DNA from: Candidatus Cloacimonadota bacterium
Lineage (GTDB): Bacteria > Cloacimonadota > Cloacimonadia > G963667145
DNA: 64,000 bases
Direction of reading: 5' to 3'
NCBI GenBank assembly: GCA_963667255.1
Contig: OY762940.1
Span: 96,001-160,000 of the forward strand
A model generated the notes under the pieces. The model saw nothing but the letters and a program-made list of their open reading frames with translations, ran no database searches and was not told the DNA's origin. How positions within the stretch are numbered: position 1 is the first letter of the stretch; every line of letters starts with the position of its first letter. Positions 52,572-63,134 of the stretch are shown piece by piece. The position numbers and the translations under genes are program-made.

Positions 52572-53620
52572 ATACCTCCTTTACCAAATCTCTTTCTGAT
52601 GATGACTACAAACATAACTATTATCGCCTGAGACAAAAAAACTACCTCGACCGGAATCTGCATAGTCCGCTGAAGCGAATCGGCTCCCACGAGGAGAACA
52701 GACATAAAGAAAGCTGCTATCGGAGCAGCCAATGGATTGCCCGCAACCACAAGGCTGGTCAAAATTCCGAAAATCCCGTATTGAGCACCACTGGTCTTAG
52801 CAAATCCCTCGATAAGACGACCGTGAATATTGAGAACCTCCAAACATCCTCCCAAACCTGCCAAAGCACCTCCGATAAAGAACGCCAACATAATTGTTTT
52901 GCTGAAGTCTATCCCGTAAGTTTTGGAAGCCTTTAGGTTGTAACCCACAGCGGTAATCTCAAATCCGAGCTTAGTTTTTTTCATCATCAGATAAACCAAA
53001 ACTATCACTATCAGTGACAAGAATATCGACACGGGAACTCCGCCCATAAAACCCAAAGTGGCTGAACTCGGCAAATAGCGAGTAATGGGATGACCTTCCA
53101 GAGGGTCTTTGTAAAGAGAGGAAGTGGCAATAAAATTCACGAACTGGTAAGCAACAAAATTCAACATAATGGTAGAAATAATTGGGTTCACATCGTATTT
53201 GGCTTTGGCAAATCCAGCCAAGAGAGCAAAGCAACCTCCGGCAAGCATACCGACAACCAAAAGTAGTGGCACCATTACTACAGGAGGCAAACCGAGTGAA
53301 GCCAAACTTAACCCCACTGCAGCTGTCACACAGCCTCCCATCAGCATTTGTCCCCAACCACCAATGTTAAAAAATTTAATCATAAACGGAATAGTGAAAG
53401 CGTAAGTGGCGAAAAGAAGAGGTATCGTCTTCTTGATAGTCTCGGAAAAACCGAACGACGATTTGAAAGAGGTAGTTAACAGAGTGGATAGAGCATCCGA
53501 AACATCGTAACCCAGACAAGCCACAAAGATAGAGGTCACGCCCAGAGCAAGCACAACGGCAGAGCCGTAAATCAGCAAACCTCTCAATATCTGATTAATC
53601 AATTTATTATCTTTCATCAA
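52568..53620 (-). CDS. Nucleoside/purine-type ABC transporter permease 1
   Basis: FNIG..GQ, ISTIMLN, GFEITAVGYN. Confidence 0.88.
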   Translation of the reverse strand: MMKDNKLINQILRGLLIYGSAVVLALGVTSIFVACLGYDVSDALSTLLTTSFKSSFGFSETIKKTIPLLFATYAFTIPFMIKFFNIGGWGQMLMGGCVTAAVGLSLASLGLPPVVMVPLLLVVGMLAGGCFALLAGFAKAKYDVNPIISTIMLNFVAYQFVNFIATSSLYKDPLEGHPITRYLPSSATLGFMGGVPVSIFLSLIVIVLVYLMMKKTKLGFEITAVGYNLKASKTYGIDFSKTIMLAFFIGGALAGLGGCLEVLNIHGRLIEGFAKTSGAQYGIFGILTSLVVAGNPLAAPIAAFFMSVLLVGADSLQRTMQIPVEVVFLSQAIIVMFVVIIRKRFGKGGI

Positions 53621-55149
53621 CTCTCCCCTATCATCAAAAGACCAATCTTGTATTTATCAAATTCAGACCGCTTGAAAATCCCTTTTAGTTTACCATCGTG
53701 CAAAACGGCAATCCTATCGCAAACTATCATCAGCTCGTCCAAATCCTCATTAACAAACAGCACTCCACTGCCTTGCGACCGCAACTCCACCAGCTTGTTG
53801 AAAATAAACTCCACTGTGGAAATATCGAGACCGGAAGTTGGATTGTGCGTTACCAAAAGTTTGAGCGGAGAGACAAAAGCTCGCCCCATAATAGTTTTCT
53901 GAATGTTACCGCCAGAGAGCCTGCGAATAGACAAATTCTCATCGGGAGTCGCCACATTGAACTCTTTTATCACTTTTTTGGCAGCAAGAGAGACCTCGTC
54001 CCACTTCACAAAAAGATTGTTCTTCAGAAATTTGTCTCGTCTGTGATGACCAAGCAAAACATTTTCCTTCACACTACCCTCATTCAAAATCCCCTCGTGT
54101 ATCCTGTCCTCAGGCGTATAAAAAACTCCCTTGTCAAAAACATCCAAAATGGAATCGTCACAAATCGACTCGCCATCCACCAGCATTTCGCCCTTGTCAA
54201 CAATGCTCGGATTGACAACACACTCGGCAATGCTCTTCTCTCCGTTGCCAGAAACGGCAGCCACACCCAATATCTCACCACCATAAATCTTGAACGAAAT
54301 ATCTTCCAAACTGTGATGCTCCGCTGTCCCTGGGACACAAACCCCTTTCAACTCCAAAACAGGCTCGGACGAAACCTTGCTCTCGGGAACAGTAACCTTG
54401 GGCAAAGCACTCTCGTTGACCTCAATATCTTGCTCCATAAACATCAGTTTCACCAAACTCTCAACACCCAAATCCTCGCCTTTCACAGTCGATTGTATCT
54501 TCCCCTTACGCATCACAGTCACGGCGTTGCAAGCCTCCATCACCTCCTTAATCTTGTGAGTGATAAAAATAACTGTCACACCCTTTTCCACAAAAATTTT
54601 CAGCGACTTCAGCAATTGATGAAACTCACTCTCCACGAGGGAAGTCGTCGGCTCATCCAAGATAAGCAGATTTGCTCCACCATACAAAGAGCGAATAATC
54701 TCAATCTTTTGTTTCACACCCGCAGAGAGATTTTTCACTTTCTCATCTATGGGGAAAGCAAGCCCGAACTCTTCGGACAGCTCCAAAATCTTTTTCTTTA
54801 CTTTCGCTTCCGGCAAACTAAAACTTCCGCCTTCAGAACCAAGCATTATGTTTTCCAACGCTGTAAACTCAGGAACAAGTGTCGAAACCTGATGAACCAT
54901 GCCGATTTTGTTTTTGATGGAGTCCAAAGGAGACGAGATAGTAATAGCCTTTCCCGAGAGGAACACCTTGCCTTTATCCGGATTGTATAACCCATACAAG
55001 ATATTCATCAGGGTCGATTTGCCAGCACCATTTTCGCCCAGCAAACCGTGAATCTCTCCCTTTTGCACCACAAAATTAACATCGTCCAAAGCTTTAACAC
55101 TGCCAAAAGTTTTACAAATATTTTCACACCTTAAAAGCTCATTTGACAT
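53617..55149 (-). CDS. Nucleoside/purine-type ABC transporter ATP-binding protein (duplicated domain)
   Basis: GENGAGKST, ILDEPT, LSGGNIQK. Confidence 0.92.
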   Translation of the reverse strand: MSNELLRCENICKTFGSVKALDDVNFVVQKGEIHGLLGENGAGKSTLMNILYGLYNPDKGKVFLSGKAITISSPLDSIKNKIGMVHQVSTLVPEFTALENIMLGSEGGSFSLPEAKVKKKILELSEEFGLAFPIDEKVKNLSAGVKQKIEIIRSLYGGANLLILDEPTTSLVESEFHQLLKSLKIFVEKGVTVIFITHKIKEVMEACNAVTVMRKGKIQSTVKGEDLGVESLVKLMFMEQDIEVNESALPKVTVPESKVSSEPVLELKGVCVPGTAEHHSLEDISFKIYGGEILGVAAVSGNGEKSIAECVVNPSIVDKGEMLVDGESICDDSILDVFDKGVFYTPEDRIHEGILNEGSVKENVLLGHHRRDKFLKNNLFVKWDEVSLAAKKVIKEFNVATPDENLSIRRLSGGNIQKTIMGRAFVSPLKLLVTHNPTSGLDISTVEFIFNKLVELRSQGSGVLFVNEDLDELMIVCDRIAVLHDGKLKGIFKRSEFDKYKIGLLMIGES

Positions 55150-55175
55150 AAAATTTCTCCAAAATATTTATCCTG

Positions 55176-56408
55176 CTAAACAATTTCTCCTTCGTTCTTA
55201 TGCTTAGCAATTAACCTACCATTCTTAAAAACAAGTCGAGAAGAACGCTTCCGCAGAGCCTCAGATTCCTTATTCGCATAGACAATATTAAAATCCGCCA
55301 AACAACCGACCTCTATGCCATAACCGTCAAGACGCATCAACTTCGCAGGATTATAAGTGAGCATATCGTAGATAATCTGGGCATGCTCACTGGAGTTGTA
55401 TTGAGCCTGATAAGCCATCAGCAAACCGTAATCAAGCGGGTCGCCCGTGCCATACAGATGGAAACCATCGCAAATAGTGTCCTGAGCCGTCGCACAATTC
55501 ACACCGCCATCTATCAGCTCGCGAACTCTAGTAATCCCGCGTGTCCTCGGCTCTTCGTCGATTCCCATTATCGCCAAAACTTGCGGATTGACACACACAT
55601 TGAATTCAGCCAATTTCAGCAACTCAATCACTTTCAACGCATGAGCCTTATTCTGATAAGCAAGGGAAGTGCAGTGTCCTCCAGCAACTCTACCCTGATA
55701 ACCAAGTTCGATGCTCCGCATAGCCGTGTATTCGAGAGCCTGAGCAAACGGGTCTTTTGTCTGGTCAATGTGCATATCGATATCGACATTATACTTTTGG
55801 GCAATCTCAAAAACCAAATCAACATGCTCTTCGGCTTTTTTGTTCGTCCACTCGGCAGCAGGCATACCACCAGCAATATCGCAACCCATATCCATAGCCT
55901 CAAACATTAACTTCTTGGTGCCCTCGTCTCTAAAAATCCCCTCTTGCGGGAAAGCCACCAATTGAACATCGGCAATATCTTTAGTTTCCTCTTTGGCAAG
56001 AATGCAGCCCTCAAGTGCTCGCAACGAACAAATAGTATCGATGTCCACATTCCCACGAATCTTGGTAACACCGTATTTCACAGACGCTTTTATCGCTCTA
56101 ACTGCCCGCTCCTTCACCTCTTGCGGAGTGTATTCTCTTTTGGATTTATGCATAATATAGATAGACTCTTCCAGAGTGCCCACTCTATAATCTCTACCCC
56201 CAAGTGCAGTATAAGCCTTGTCTATATGCAAATGCGGATTTACAAAAGTAGGCGTAACCAAATTCTTGTCAGCATCTATAACTTCAACAGAATCTCCAAG
56301 CTGGGATTCATCAATTTTCTTTTCGATTTTTACAAATTTCCCCTCATCAATCAAGAGGTCAAAAAAATCGCTCTTCCCCCTAAGTTTCGCATTTTTCACT
56401 AACAACAT
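55176..56408 (-). CDS. Amidohydrolase, cytosine/creatinine deaminase-like
   Basis: HLHIDKA, VAFPQEG, HIDQ, GHCTSL, AQD. Confidence 0.88.
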   Translation of the reverse strand: MLLVKNAKLRGKSDFFDLLIDEGKFVKIEKKIDESQLGDSVEVIDADKNLVTPTFVNPHLHIDKAYTALGGRDYRVGTLEESIYIMHKSKREYTPQEVKERAVRAIKASVKYGVTKIRGNVDIDTICSLRALEGCILAKEETKDIADVQLVAFPQEGIFRDEGTKKLMFEAMDMGCDIAGGMPAAEWTNKKAEEHVDLVFEIAQKYNVDIDMHIDQTKDPFAQALEYTAMRSIELGYQGRVAGGHCTSLAYQNKAHALKVIELLKLAEFNVCVNPQVLAIMGIDEEPRTRGITRVRELIDGGVNCATAQDTICDGFHLYGTGDPLDYGLLMAYQAQYNSSEHAQIIYDMLTYNPAKLMRLDGYGIEVGCLADFNIVYANKESEALRKRSSRLVFKNGRLIAKHKNEGEIV

Positions 56409-56492
56409 CTCTTCTCCACTGTCCAATTTCAAAAAAATGGTAGGACTCCCTGAAACATTCCAAGGAATCCTACTGCATTTCTTAGAACCTAT

Positions 56493-57509
56493 TTAAAGAA
56501 TTTTGCTCAACTCTTTGTTAACAACAATCTTTCCAGAAATAATATCGGTGCTAATTTGTTTAACTTTATCGTTAATCTCTTGAGATACATTTTTGATAGG
56601 GAACTCTGTAGACCTCTCTGTATCCACACCATATTTCATACTCCAAAATCCACCTTTCTCGCCCTCAATAATCTTTTGCACAATACCTTTAATAGGGAAT
56701 GTATAGTTGAAAATATCGGAAGTAAGGTAATTTTTAGGTGCTTGATCTTCTTTTGCAGTGTAGGTAGTAGTCATAAACACAGGTCTGTCAGCCTCTTTCA
56801 CAGCGTTAAAAAGCCCGAAGTTACCAAGGTTCACAGCACTAATCAAAATGTCCGCTCCTTGAGAAATCAAGCTCTCCGCAGCTTGTCTAGATTTGAGAGG
56901 GTCGTTGAAATCGCCAACAAAGATGTATTCCAATTTAGCATTAGAACCCAAATCGCTCAACGCTTGATTAATAGCGTTGATTTCTCCTCTAACAAAAGGC
57001 AGCTCCAAACCACCTACAAAACCGATTTTGCCAGTTTCAGTTTTCATAGAAGCCAAAGCACCCAACACATAGAAACCAACATAATAGTTTCTCTCCAAAT
57101 ACCAAACATTCGGAGCAGGATTATCAGCAGGAGCATCAACTTCGATGATGAAAGTCACATCAGGATGATTGGGAGCAACCTTAGCCACAGCACCGTTGAA
57201 TTGTGCACCGTGAACAAAGATAATATTGAAATCAGCGTTAATATACTCGTTGAGCACTCGCTCTGCATCAGGCACAGCAACCTTCTCTGAATATGCAGAT
57301 TTTATACCTGAATTATTTGCTGCCTCCGATAGAGCAACATATCCGATAGTATTGTAATCGGCATCTTGAATAGACCCCGGAAACAAAGCCGCAATCTTAT
57401 TCTCTTTTACTTCCTTCTTGCCACTTTCTTTGCACCCTGGCAAAAAAACTAAAAGCAAAGCAACCATCATAAACAAACTAGCAATTTTCTTAATTCTCAT
57501 CTTTCCCAA
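56493..57509 (-). CDS. BMP family ABC substrate-binding lipoprotein
   Basis: LPGC lipobox, PGSIQDADYN, GKIGFVGG, GDFND. Confidence 0.9.
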   Translation of the reverse strand: MGKMRIKKIASLFMMVALLLVFLPGCKESGKKEVKENKIAALFPGSIQDADYNTIGYVALSEAANNSGIKSAYSEKVAVPDAERVLNEYINADFNIIFVHGAQFNGAVAKVAPNHPDVTFIIEVDAPADNPAPNVWYLERNYYVGFYVLGALASMKTETGKIGFVGGLELPFVRGEINAINQALSDLGSNAKLEYIFVGDFNDPLKSRQAAESLISQGADILISAVNLGNFGLFNAVKEADRPVFMTTTYTAKEDQAPKNYLTSDIFNYTFPIKGIVQKIIEGEKGGFWSMKYGVDTERSTEFPIKNVSQEINDKVKQISTDIISGKIVVNKELSKIL

Positions 57510-57681
57510 CTCCTTATTATTTTATTTTTATTATACTTTTCAAACTTAAACTACTGCCGTTTTTACAATTCATAAATTTTGATGTCAAGAGAAAGTAAAC
57601 ACTATTTTGTAATTATCTCATATCCTTGAAAATAATATGTTAAAATTTGACAAAAATCACCTTATCATCATAAAGAGTTTT

Positions 57682-58020
57682 ATGAAACAAACAACAGACT
57701 GGCAAAGTTTTGCCAATTTAGACATTCGTGTCGGCACTATTACAGATGCCGAGCCTTTTACCAAGGCACGCAAACCGGCTTACATCCTGCACATAGATTT
57801 TGGCGAAAAAATCGGCTACAAAAAAACTTCCGCCCAGATTACCAAACTCTACACTCCGAAAGACCTCATCGGCAAGCAAATAGTCGCAATCGTCAACTTC
57901 CCCGATAAGCAAATAGCCAATATCCAAAGCGAATGCTTGGTGCTGGGAGCAGTCGATGGCGACACTGTTACACTTTTGCAACTGGAAAGAAAAACGGAAA
58001 ACGGATTGCCCATAGGGTAA
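57682..58020 (+). CDS. csaA: CsaA-like tRNA-binding/export chaperone
   Basis: LDIRVGTI, ARKPAY, SAQIT, VNFPDKQIA, SECLVLG. Confidence 0.88.
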   Translation: MKQTTDWQSFANLDIRVGTITDAEPFTKARKPAYILHIDFGEKIGYKKTSAQITKLYTPKDLIGKQIVAIVNFPDKQIANIQSECLVLGAVDGDTVTLLQLERKTENGLPIG

Positions 58021-58071
58021 AAAAGGCTTACCGAACCAAAATCCGATAAGCCCTTGTATTAACTACAAATC

Positions 58072-58917
58072 TTACTTCACATTAGCGACCCATTTTTTCA
58101 CTGCGTCTTCGTTATCGCTGACCCAATTTTCTACTGCTTTATTGATGTCGTCGTTCTCATTAACAGCTATCATCAGGCTGGAAATCTGAGCATCTGTCAT
58201 AAAAAACCCATCCAAGAACTTAACCAGCTCCGGCTTCTCTTCGCTCAACCCTTTTTTGCCAACAAGATTAATCACGCCTTCATTCCAATATTTTGCACCG
58301 TCTTGTTTCAGCACTTTCAAGTTCCAACGACCGAACATCCAGTGAGGCTTCCAACCGGTAACCACAATCCACTTTTTGTCATTGATAGCTTTTTTCAGAG
58401 CGGTAGTCATCGCCGGTCCGCTTGAGGCTAACAATTCTATTCCCAAATCGTATTCAGAAATAATCTTCTCCGTCGTCTTCATCATCCCTGCTCCGGCATC
58501 GATTCCCACAATTCTGCCACCAAATTTATCAGCGTTTGCCTTCAGTTCGGAAATATTGTCAATTGTTACATAGTCTGGAACCACCAAACCGCAAATCGTT
58601 CCCTTATACACTTCGCCGATAAACTCAAGTTTGTCTTGGTATTTGTCCAAATAGTCTTTGTGCATTTCCGCCCAGCACTCCATATAAACATCTTTGTTTC
58701 CCTTTGCCACAGCAGCATACGCTGGAGCGACATCGGCAGCAGTTATAGTTACCTCATAACCCAAATCTTTCTCTAAAATGTATTTAACCAAATGAGTGTA
58801 AGCGACTCCCTCAGCCCAGTTTACATACACCAAATCTGCTGTTTTCTTTTGCTCTTCGCCCTTGCAACCAAAGGCAACAATAGCCAATAAGCAACAAAAT
58901 AACAAAATCTTTTTCAT
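58072..58917 (-). CDS. Glycine betaine/proline ABC substrate-binding lipoprotein
   Basis: YVNWAEG, GLVVPDY, GIDAGAG, GWKPHWMF. Confidence 0.92.
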   Translation of the reverse strand: MKKILLFCCLLAIVAFGCKGEEQKKTADLVYVNWAEGVAYTHLVKYILEKDLGYEVTITAADVAPAYAAVAKGNKDVYMECWAEMHKDYLDKYQDKLEFIGEVYKGTICGLVVPDYVTIDNISELKANADKFGGRIVGIDAGAGMMKTTEKIISEYDLGIELLASSGPAMTTALKKAINDKKWIVVTGWKPHWMFGRWNLKVLKQDGAKYWNEGVINLVGKKGLSEEKPELVKFLDGFFMTDAQISSLMIAVNENDDINKAVENWVSDNEDAVKKWVANVK

Positions 58918-58933
58918 TTCTCTCTCCTAAATT

Positions 58934-59764
58934 TTATTTATTTTTATCTTCCTTACCGAAAGACTGGGTAATCCTATCCAAAAATATCGCCAAAATTACC
59001 ACAGCCAATCCACTCTCAAACCCAATATCTATCCGCAATTGAGTTATCCCTTTTAATATCTCTCCGCCCAAACCTCCTGCTCCAATCATAGCACTGATTA
59101 CCACCATCGAGAGCGAGAGCATTATCGTCTGATTTATCCCCGAAAAAATCGTCTTCTTCGCCAAAGGCAATTGCACTTTGAAAAGCAGTTGTCGCGGAGA
59201 GCAACCAAAGGAGATACCAGCTTCCACCACCTCTTTGGACACATTCCTGATACCCAATGTCGTCAGTCGCACCGCAGGGGGCATCGAGAAAATTATCGTG
59301 GAGATGACACCGGGAACTTGCCCCAACTGGAAAAACAAAACCGACGGAATAAGGTAAACAAACGCCGGCATAGTCTGCATAAAGTCCAAAACCAAGCGAA
59401 CTCCAGCTTCCACTCTCTCACTGCGAGAGCACGCTATACCGATGGGAATCCCGATTGCCAAAGCCAAAAATGTGGAAATGACTATCAGCGTGAGCGTTTG
59501 CAACATTTGCGTCCAATAGCCCATTGCCCATATCATAGAAAAACCCACCAACGAGAAAATCGCCAAATTTCTTCCACACAATTTGTAAGTCAAAAGTGCG
59601 AGCAAAATTATCAAAACAAAAGCGGGAATCAAAAGCAAAAAGCTCTCCACACCACCGATGAACGAAGTAACCAAAAAAGTGATGGAATCGAAAATCCAAC
59701 TGAAATTAATCTCCATCCAGTCGATGCTTCGCTCAAAAGCCTTGCCAATATTAATTATCTTCAT
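58934..59764 (-). CDS. proW: Glycine betaine/proline ABC permease
   Basis: LDFMQTMPAFVYLIP, GINQTIM, LDRITQ. Confidence 0.9.
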   Translation of the reverse strand: MKIINIGKAFERSIDWMEINFSWIFDSITFLVTSFIGGVESFLLLIPAFVLIILLALLTYKLCGRNLAIFSLVGFSMIWAMGYWTQMLQTLTLIVISTFLALAIGIPIGIACSRSERVEAGVRLVLDFMQTMPAFVYLIPSVLFFQLGQVPGVISTIIFSMPPAVRLTTLGIRNVSKEVVEAGISFGCSPRQLLFKVQLPLAKKTIFSGINQTIMLSLSMVVISAMIGAGGLGGEILKGITQLRIDIGFESGLAVVILAIFLDRITQSFGKEDKNK

Positions 59765-61002
59765 TTCCCCTCCAATTCTTGCTTCGGCACGAGATTTTCG
59801 TTATGACGGACATACTCTTCGCCCATCACGATAGAGATAGCCGTAGTCATCGGCACAATTCCCAAAAACCTACCTTCATCTACCACGCTAATAGGCATAT
59901 TTTCGTTAATATACAGAGGTATCAACTCATGAATATATGTCTCGGGACCGACAGTCGGAGCGGATTTATTCACGAAATCTTGCAAAGTATCCAAGCCCTT
60001 TTTATCGGCGGAAATAGCATCGTGTAGAGACACCATGCCCTCGAAATGTCCGTTCCTAGATGTAACCGGCAACCAAGGTAGAGAATGCTTACGCATCAAA
60101 CGAATAGCGACTTTCGGACCATCTTTGTGATTCAAAATTCTGTCCGGATTCTTGCTCATCACTTTGGACACAGTTATAATTTTTGCCGAATCCACCTGCT
60201 CCACAAAGTCGCGAACATAGCTATTAGCAGGGTCAGCCAAAATCTCTTCCGGAGTCCCAATCTGCACAATCTTGGCATCTTTCATAATGGCGATGCGGTC
60301 TCCGAGCTTCAGAGCCTCATCCAAATCGTGCGTAATGAAAACAATCGTCTTGTTCATCTTCTCCTGCATATGCAAAAGCTCATCTTGCATATTGTTGCGA
60401 ATAAGCGGGTCAAGAGCGGAAAAAGCCTCGTCCATCAGCAAAATATCCGCATCCATTGCCACAGCCCTGCCCAACCCCACTCTCTGCTGCATACCGCCGG
60501 ACAACTCCTTGCACATTTGCCTGCCATAGCCTTCCAAACCGACAGTTTTCAGCACCTCCTCAGCCTTAGCCTCTCGCTCTTCAACAGGCACTCCAGCTAC
60601 TTCCAAACCAAAAGCTATATTGGATATAACATCTCGATGCGGTAGCAACCCAAAGTGTTGAAAAACCATCGCCGCTTCGTTTCGCCTAATCTCCCTCAGC
60701 TTCTGCTTATCCGCCTTGGTCAAATCGTAATCGTCCAAAAGAATCGAGCCAAAGGTAGGCGTTATCAATCTGTTCAAACAGCGTAAAAGCGTAGATTTAC
60801 CACTGCCTGACAATCCCATCACCACAAAAATTTCGCCCTCATACACCTCAAAAGATGCATCAGCGACACCAACATTGCAACCGGTTTTGCTTAAAATTTC
60901 CGACTTAGTTTTATTTTCGAGTAAAAGTTTTCTGATTTTTTGCTTCTCGCCACCAAAAAACTTACAAAGTCCTTCGACCTTGATTTTGATTTTTTGTTCC
61001 AT
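59761..61002 (-). CDS. proV: Glycine betaine/proline ABC ATP-binding protein with CBS domains
   Basis: GLSGSGKST, LSGGMQQR, DEAFSALDPLIR. Confidence 0.92.
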   Translation of the reverse strand: MEQKIKIKVEGLCKFFGGEKQKIRKLLLENKTKSEILSKTGCNVGVADASFEVYEGEIFVVMGLSGSGKSTLLRCLNRLITPTFGSILLDDYDLTKADKQKLREIRRNEAAMVFQHFGLLPHRDVISNIAFGLEVAGVPVEEREAKAEEVLKTVGLEGYGRQMCKELSGGMQQRVGLGRAVAMDADILLMDEAFSALDPLIRNNMQDELLHMQEKMNKTIVFITHDLDEALKLGDRIAIMKDAKIVQIGTPEEILADPANSYVRDFVEQVDSAKIITVSKVMSKNPDRILNHKDGPKVAIRLMRKHSLPWLPVTSRNGHFEGMVSLHDAISADKKGLDTLQDFVNKSAPTVGPETYIHELIPLYINENMPISVVDEGRFLGIVPMTTAISIVMGEEYVRHNENLVPKQELEGK

Positions 61003-61328
61003 AATTCCTCCTCAATCGTAAATGACAACTTACTTTAGAAGGCAATGAGAAACAGATTGGGAATTTTTACAAAAATTCCATAAAGAAATAGTTTGAAGAG
61101 CTACGGCTCTATGTGATTGTAACCTATTTTTACTTTAATTTTTCTTCTCAGACTCATACAACCAAGAACAGAAAATCCCTGTAGGTGTCAAGGTTAAATA
61201 ATTATGTAAACTAAGCTACAATGCCATAACAAGCTGAAGACAAACAAAATAAAATAGGCAAAAGATTTTGTTAACTCCTCTGCCTATTCGAAAAATACAA
61301 AATATCTAAAAATCCCTATCCCAAAAAA

Positions 61329-62588
61329 TCACTGCGAATAGTCACAAATTTTGTCCTCGTCCAAATCAACATATCTTCCACATTTGCCAGGGAACTCGCA
61401 AGCAACCTCGCCAAACGGGCATTTGCCATAAGCTTTGCTAAGTTTTCTGTTCAAGTAATTGTCAATCACTTGGCGAAAATCCTCAGTTTGCAAAAATTCG
61501 CCTTTCTCATTTTTCAAGTTATATTGTGTTCCTATCAATTTGATTTTTATAGTCAAATCGACATCGTCAGGCAAATTCAGCTTCTCCTTGAACTCCTCCA
61601 AAGGCACTTTGGTAACATCAATAAGATATTGCAAAGTGTTGCTACCTCTGATGTCAGCAGTGTTCACTTGCCCCAAGCTGTTTACAATATTGGACTCGGG
61701 CTTCGTCTTCCAAATGGGAGTGTAAGGCATCACGACAAGAGGCAATATCACCAATACTAAAACCAAAATAGAGAAAATCTTGCCGGAAATTTTCTTCCCA
61801 AAAAGAACAAAGTCCAAACTATTTTCTGGGCAACTATCGACACATTTTCCGCAACTGATGCAATCGGAATTCTTAATCTGCTCCGACATCATTATCTGCA
61901 AACCGGCAGGACAAGCTCTATCGCACATTCCACAACTAATGCAAGTTTTCGCATCTCTATTTATCTTCAAAAAACTGAATTTCCTAATTATACCAAAAAA
62001 TGCTCCGAGCGGACAAAGATACCTGCACCAAAAACTTTTTGTAAACAGAGAAATGACAATGACAATTACCAAAACAATATAAGCAACTGGCTTTTCGTCA
62101 ATCTCGTGTCCTAAGTGCATCAAAGCATTATAGGGTCCATAATTTCTGAAAATCAAATCGCCGAAATAAAACGAATAATAGACGATGACGATGAGAAGCA
62201 AATATTTGGCGAATCGCAAATATTTATCCGCTTTTGCGGGAAGTTCGTAATTTTGCTTGAAGCCGAGCTTTTTGCCCAAAACTCGTAGCCACTCTTGTCC
62301 CGCTCCCAGAGGACAAATGTATCCGCAAAAAACTCTGCCCAAGAAAAACGAAGCCACAAAAAATATTCCCAACAAAATAAACGAACTGGAAAAAATTCGC
62401 TTAAGAAACTCACCTTTGAAAATGAGTGTGAAAAAACTTTCTACTGCTCCAAACGGACAATAAGCATCTATTGGAGCAGCCTTTTCTATGCCAAATTTGA
62501 TGTGAAGAGCAGCGAGAGTGGAAATAAGAATGGCGATAACTATCTGAATTATAAACCTTAACGGCGATTTGGAAGATTTCCTTTTCAT
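61329..62588 (-). CDS. Membrane-bound 4Fe-4S binding protein (NapH/YccM-like)
   Basis: CPFG, RVFCGYICP, WCRYLCP, two CxxCxxCxxxCP motifs. Confidence 0.88.
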   Translation of the reverse strand: MKRKSSKSPLRFIIQIVIAILISTLAALHIKFGIEKAAPIDAYCPFGAVESFFTLIFKGEFLKRIFSSSFILLGIFFVASFFLGRVFCGYICPLGAGQEWLRVLGKKLGFKQNYELPAKADKYLRFAKYLLLIVIVYYSFYFGDLIFRNYGPYNALMHLGHEIDEKPVAYIVLVIVIVISLFTKSFWCRYLCPLGAFFGIIRKFSFLKINRDAKTCISCGMCDRACPAGLQIMMSEQIKNSDCISCGKCVDSCPENSLDFVLFGKKISGKIFSILVLVLVILPLVVMPYTPIWKTKPESNIVNSLGQVNTADIRGSNTLQYLIDVTKVPLEEFKEKLNLPDDVDLTIKIKLIGTQYNLKNEKGEFLQTEDFRQVIDNYLNRKLSKAYGKCPFGEVACEFPGKCGRYVDLDEDKICDYSQ

Positions 62589-62672
62589 ACAACCTCCTAA
62601 AAAACTGATATACCAATTATGATGAAGAATTTTGGACTATACCTCAAAAAAAGTAAAAAATGCTGTTTTCAC

Positions 62673-63134
62673 TTACTTGCAAACATCTATCCAAGTCTTG
62701 CAATTGCTATATTTTTCAAGCTCTTCGACGGTCAACTTGATGGCGGAAAATTTATCGCCGGCAGCTGGCCAAACCTCGCTATATTCTTGCAAAGACAAAT
62801 CCATGTAAACGGCAATCGGCATCGGCAAGCCAAACGGGCACACACCGCCAATCTCGTGTCCGGTGAATTGCAAAACCTCATCGGGAGTGAGCATTTTGGC
62901 TTTCTTCCCAAAAGTCGCCTTGTATTTTTGATTATCGATTTTTTTGTCGCCGGCAACCAAAATAAGAATCGGCTCTTCGTCCACCTTGAACGACAAAGTT
63001 TTGCAAATCTCGCCCGCAGTCACATTGTGCTCTTTGGCAGCTTCTTCCACGGTCGCCGTCGCATTCGGCAAAGTTACAATGCAACTATCAAGATTGTGTT
63101 GCTTGAAAAATTCTTTTACAGATTGGAGGGACAT
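62673..63134 (-). CDS. YbaK/EbsC family aminoacyl-tRNA deacylase
   Basis: ATVEEAA, ICKTL, TGHEIGGVCPFG, WPAAG. Confidence 0.9.
   Translation of the reverse strand: MSLQSVKEFFKQHNLDSCIVTLPNATATVEEAAKEHNVTAGEICKTLSFKVDEEPILILVAGDKKIDNQKYKATFGKKAKMLTPDEVLQFTGHEIGGVCPFGLPMPIAVYMDLSLQEYSEVWPAAGDKFSAIKLTVEELEKYSNCKTWIDVCK

Noticed and set aside
53698..54990. Long antisense ORFs (also 9879-10979 and 3908-4927)
   Set aside because: Opposite well-supported genes; no motifs or RBS
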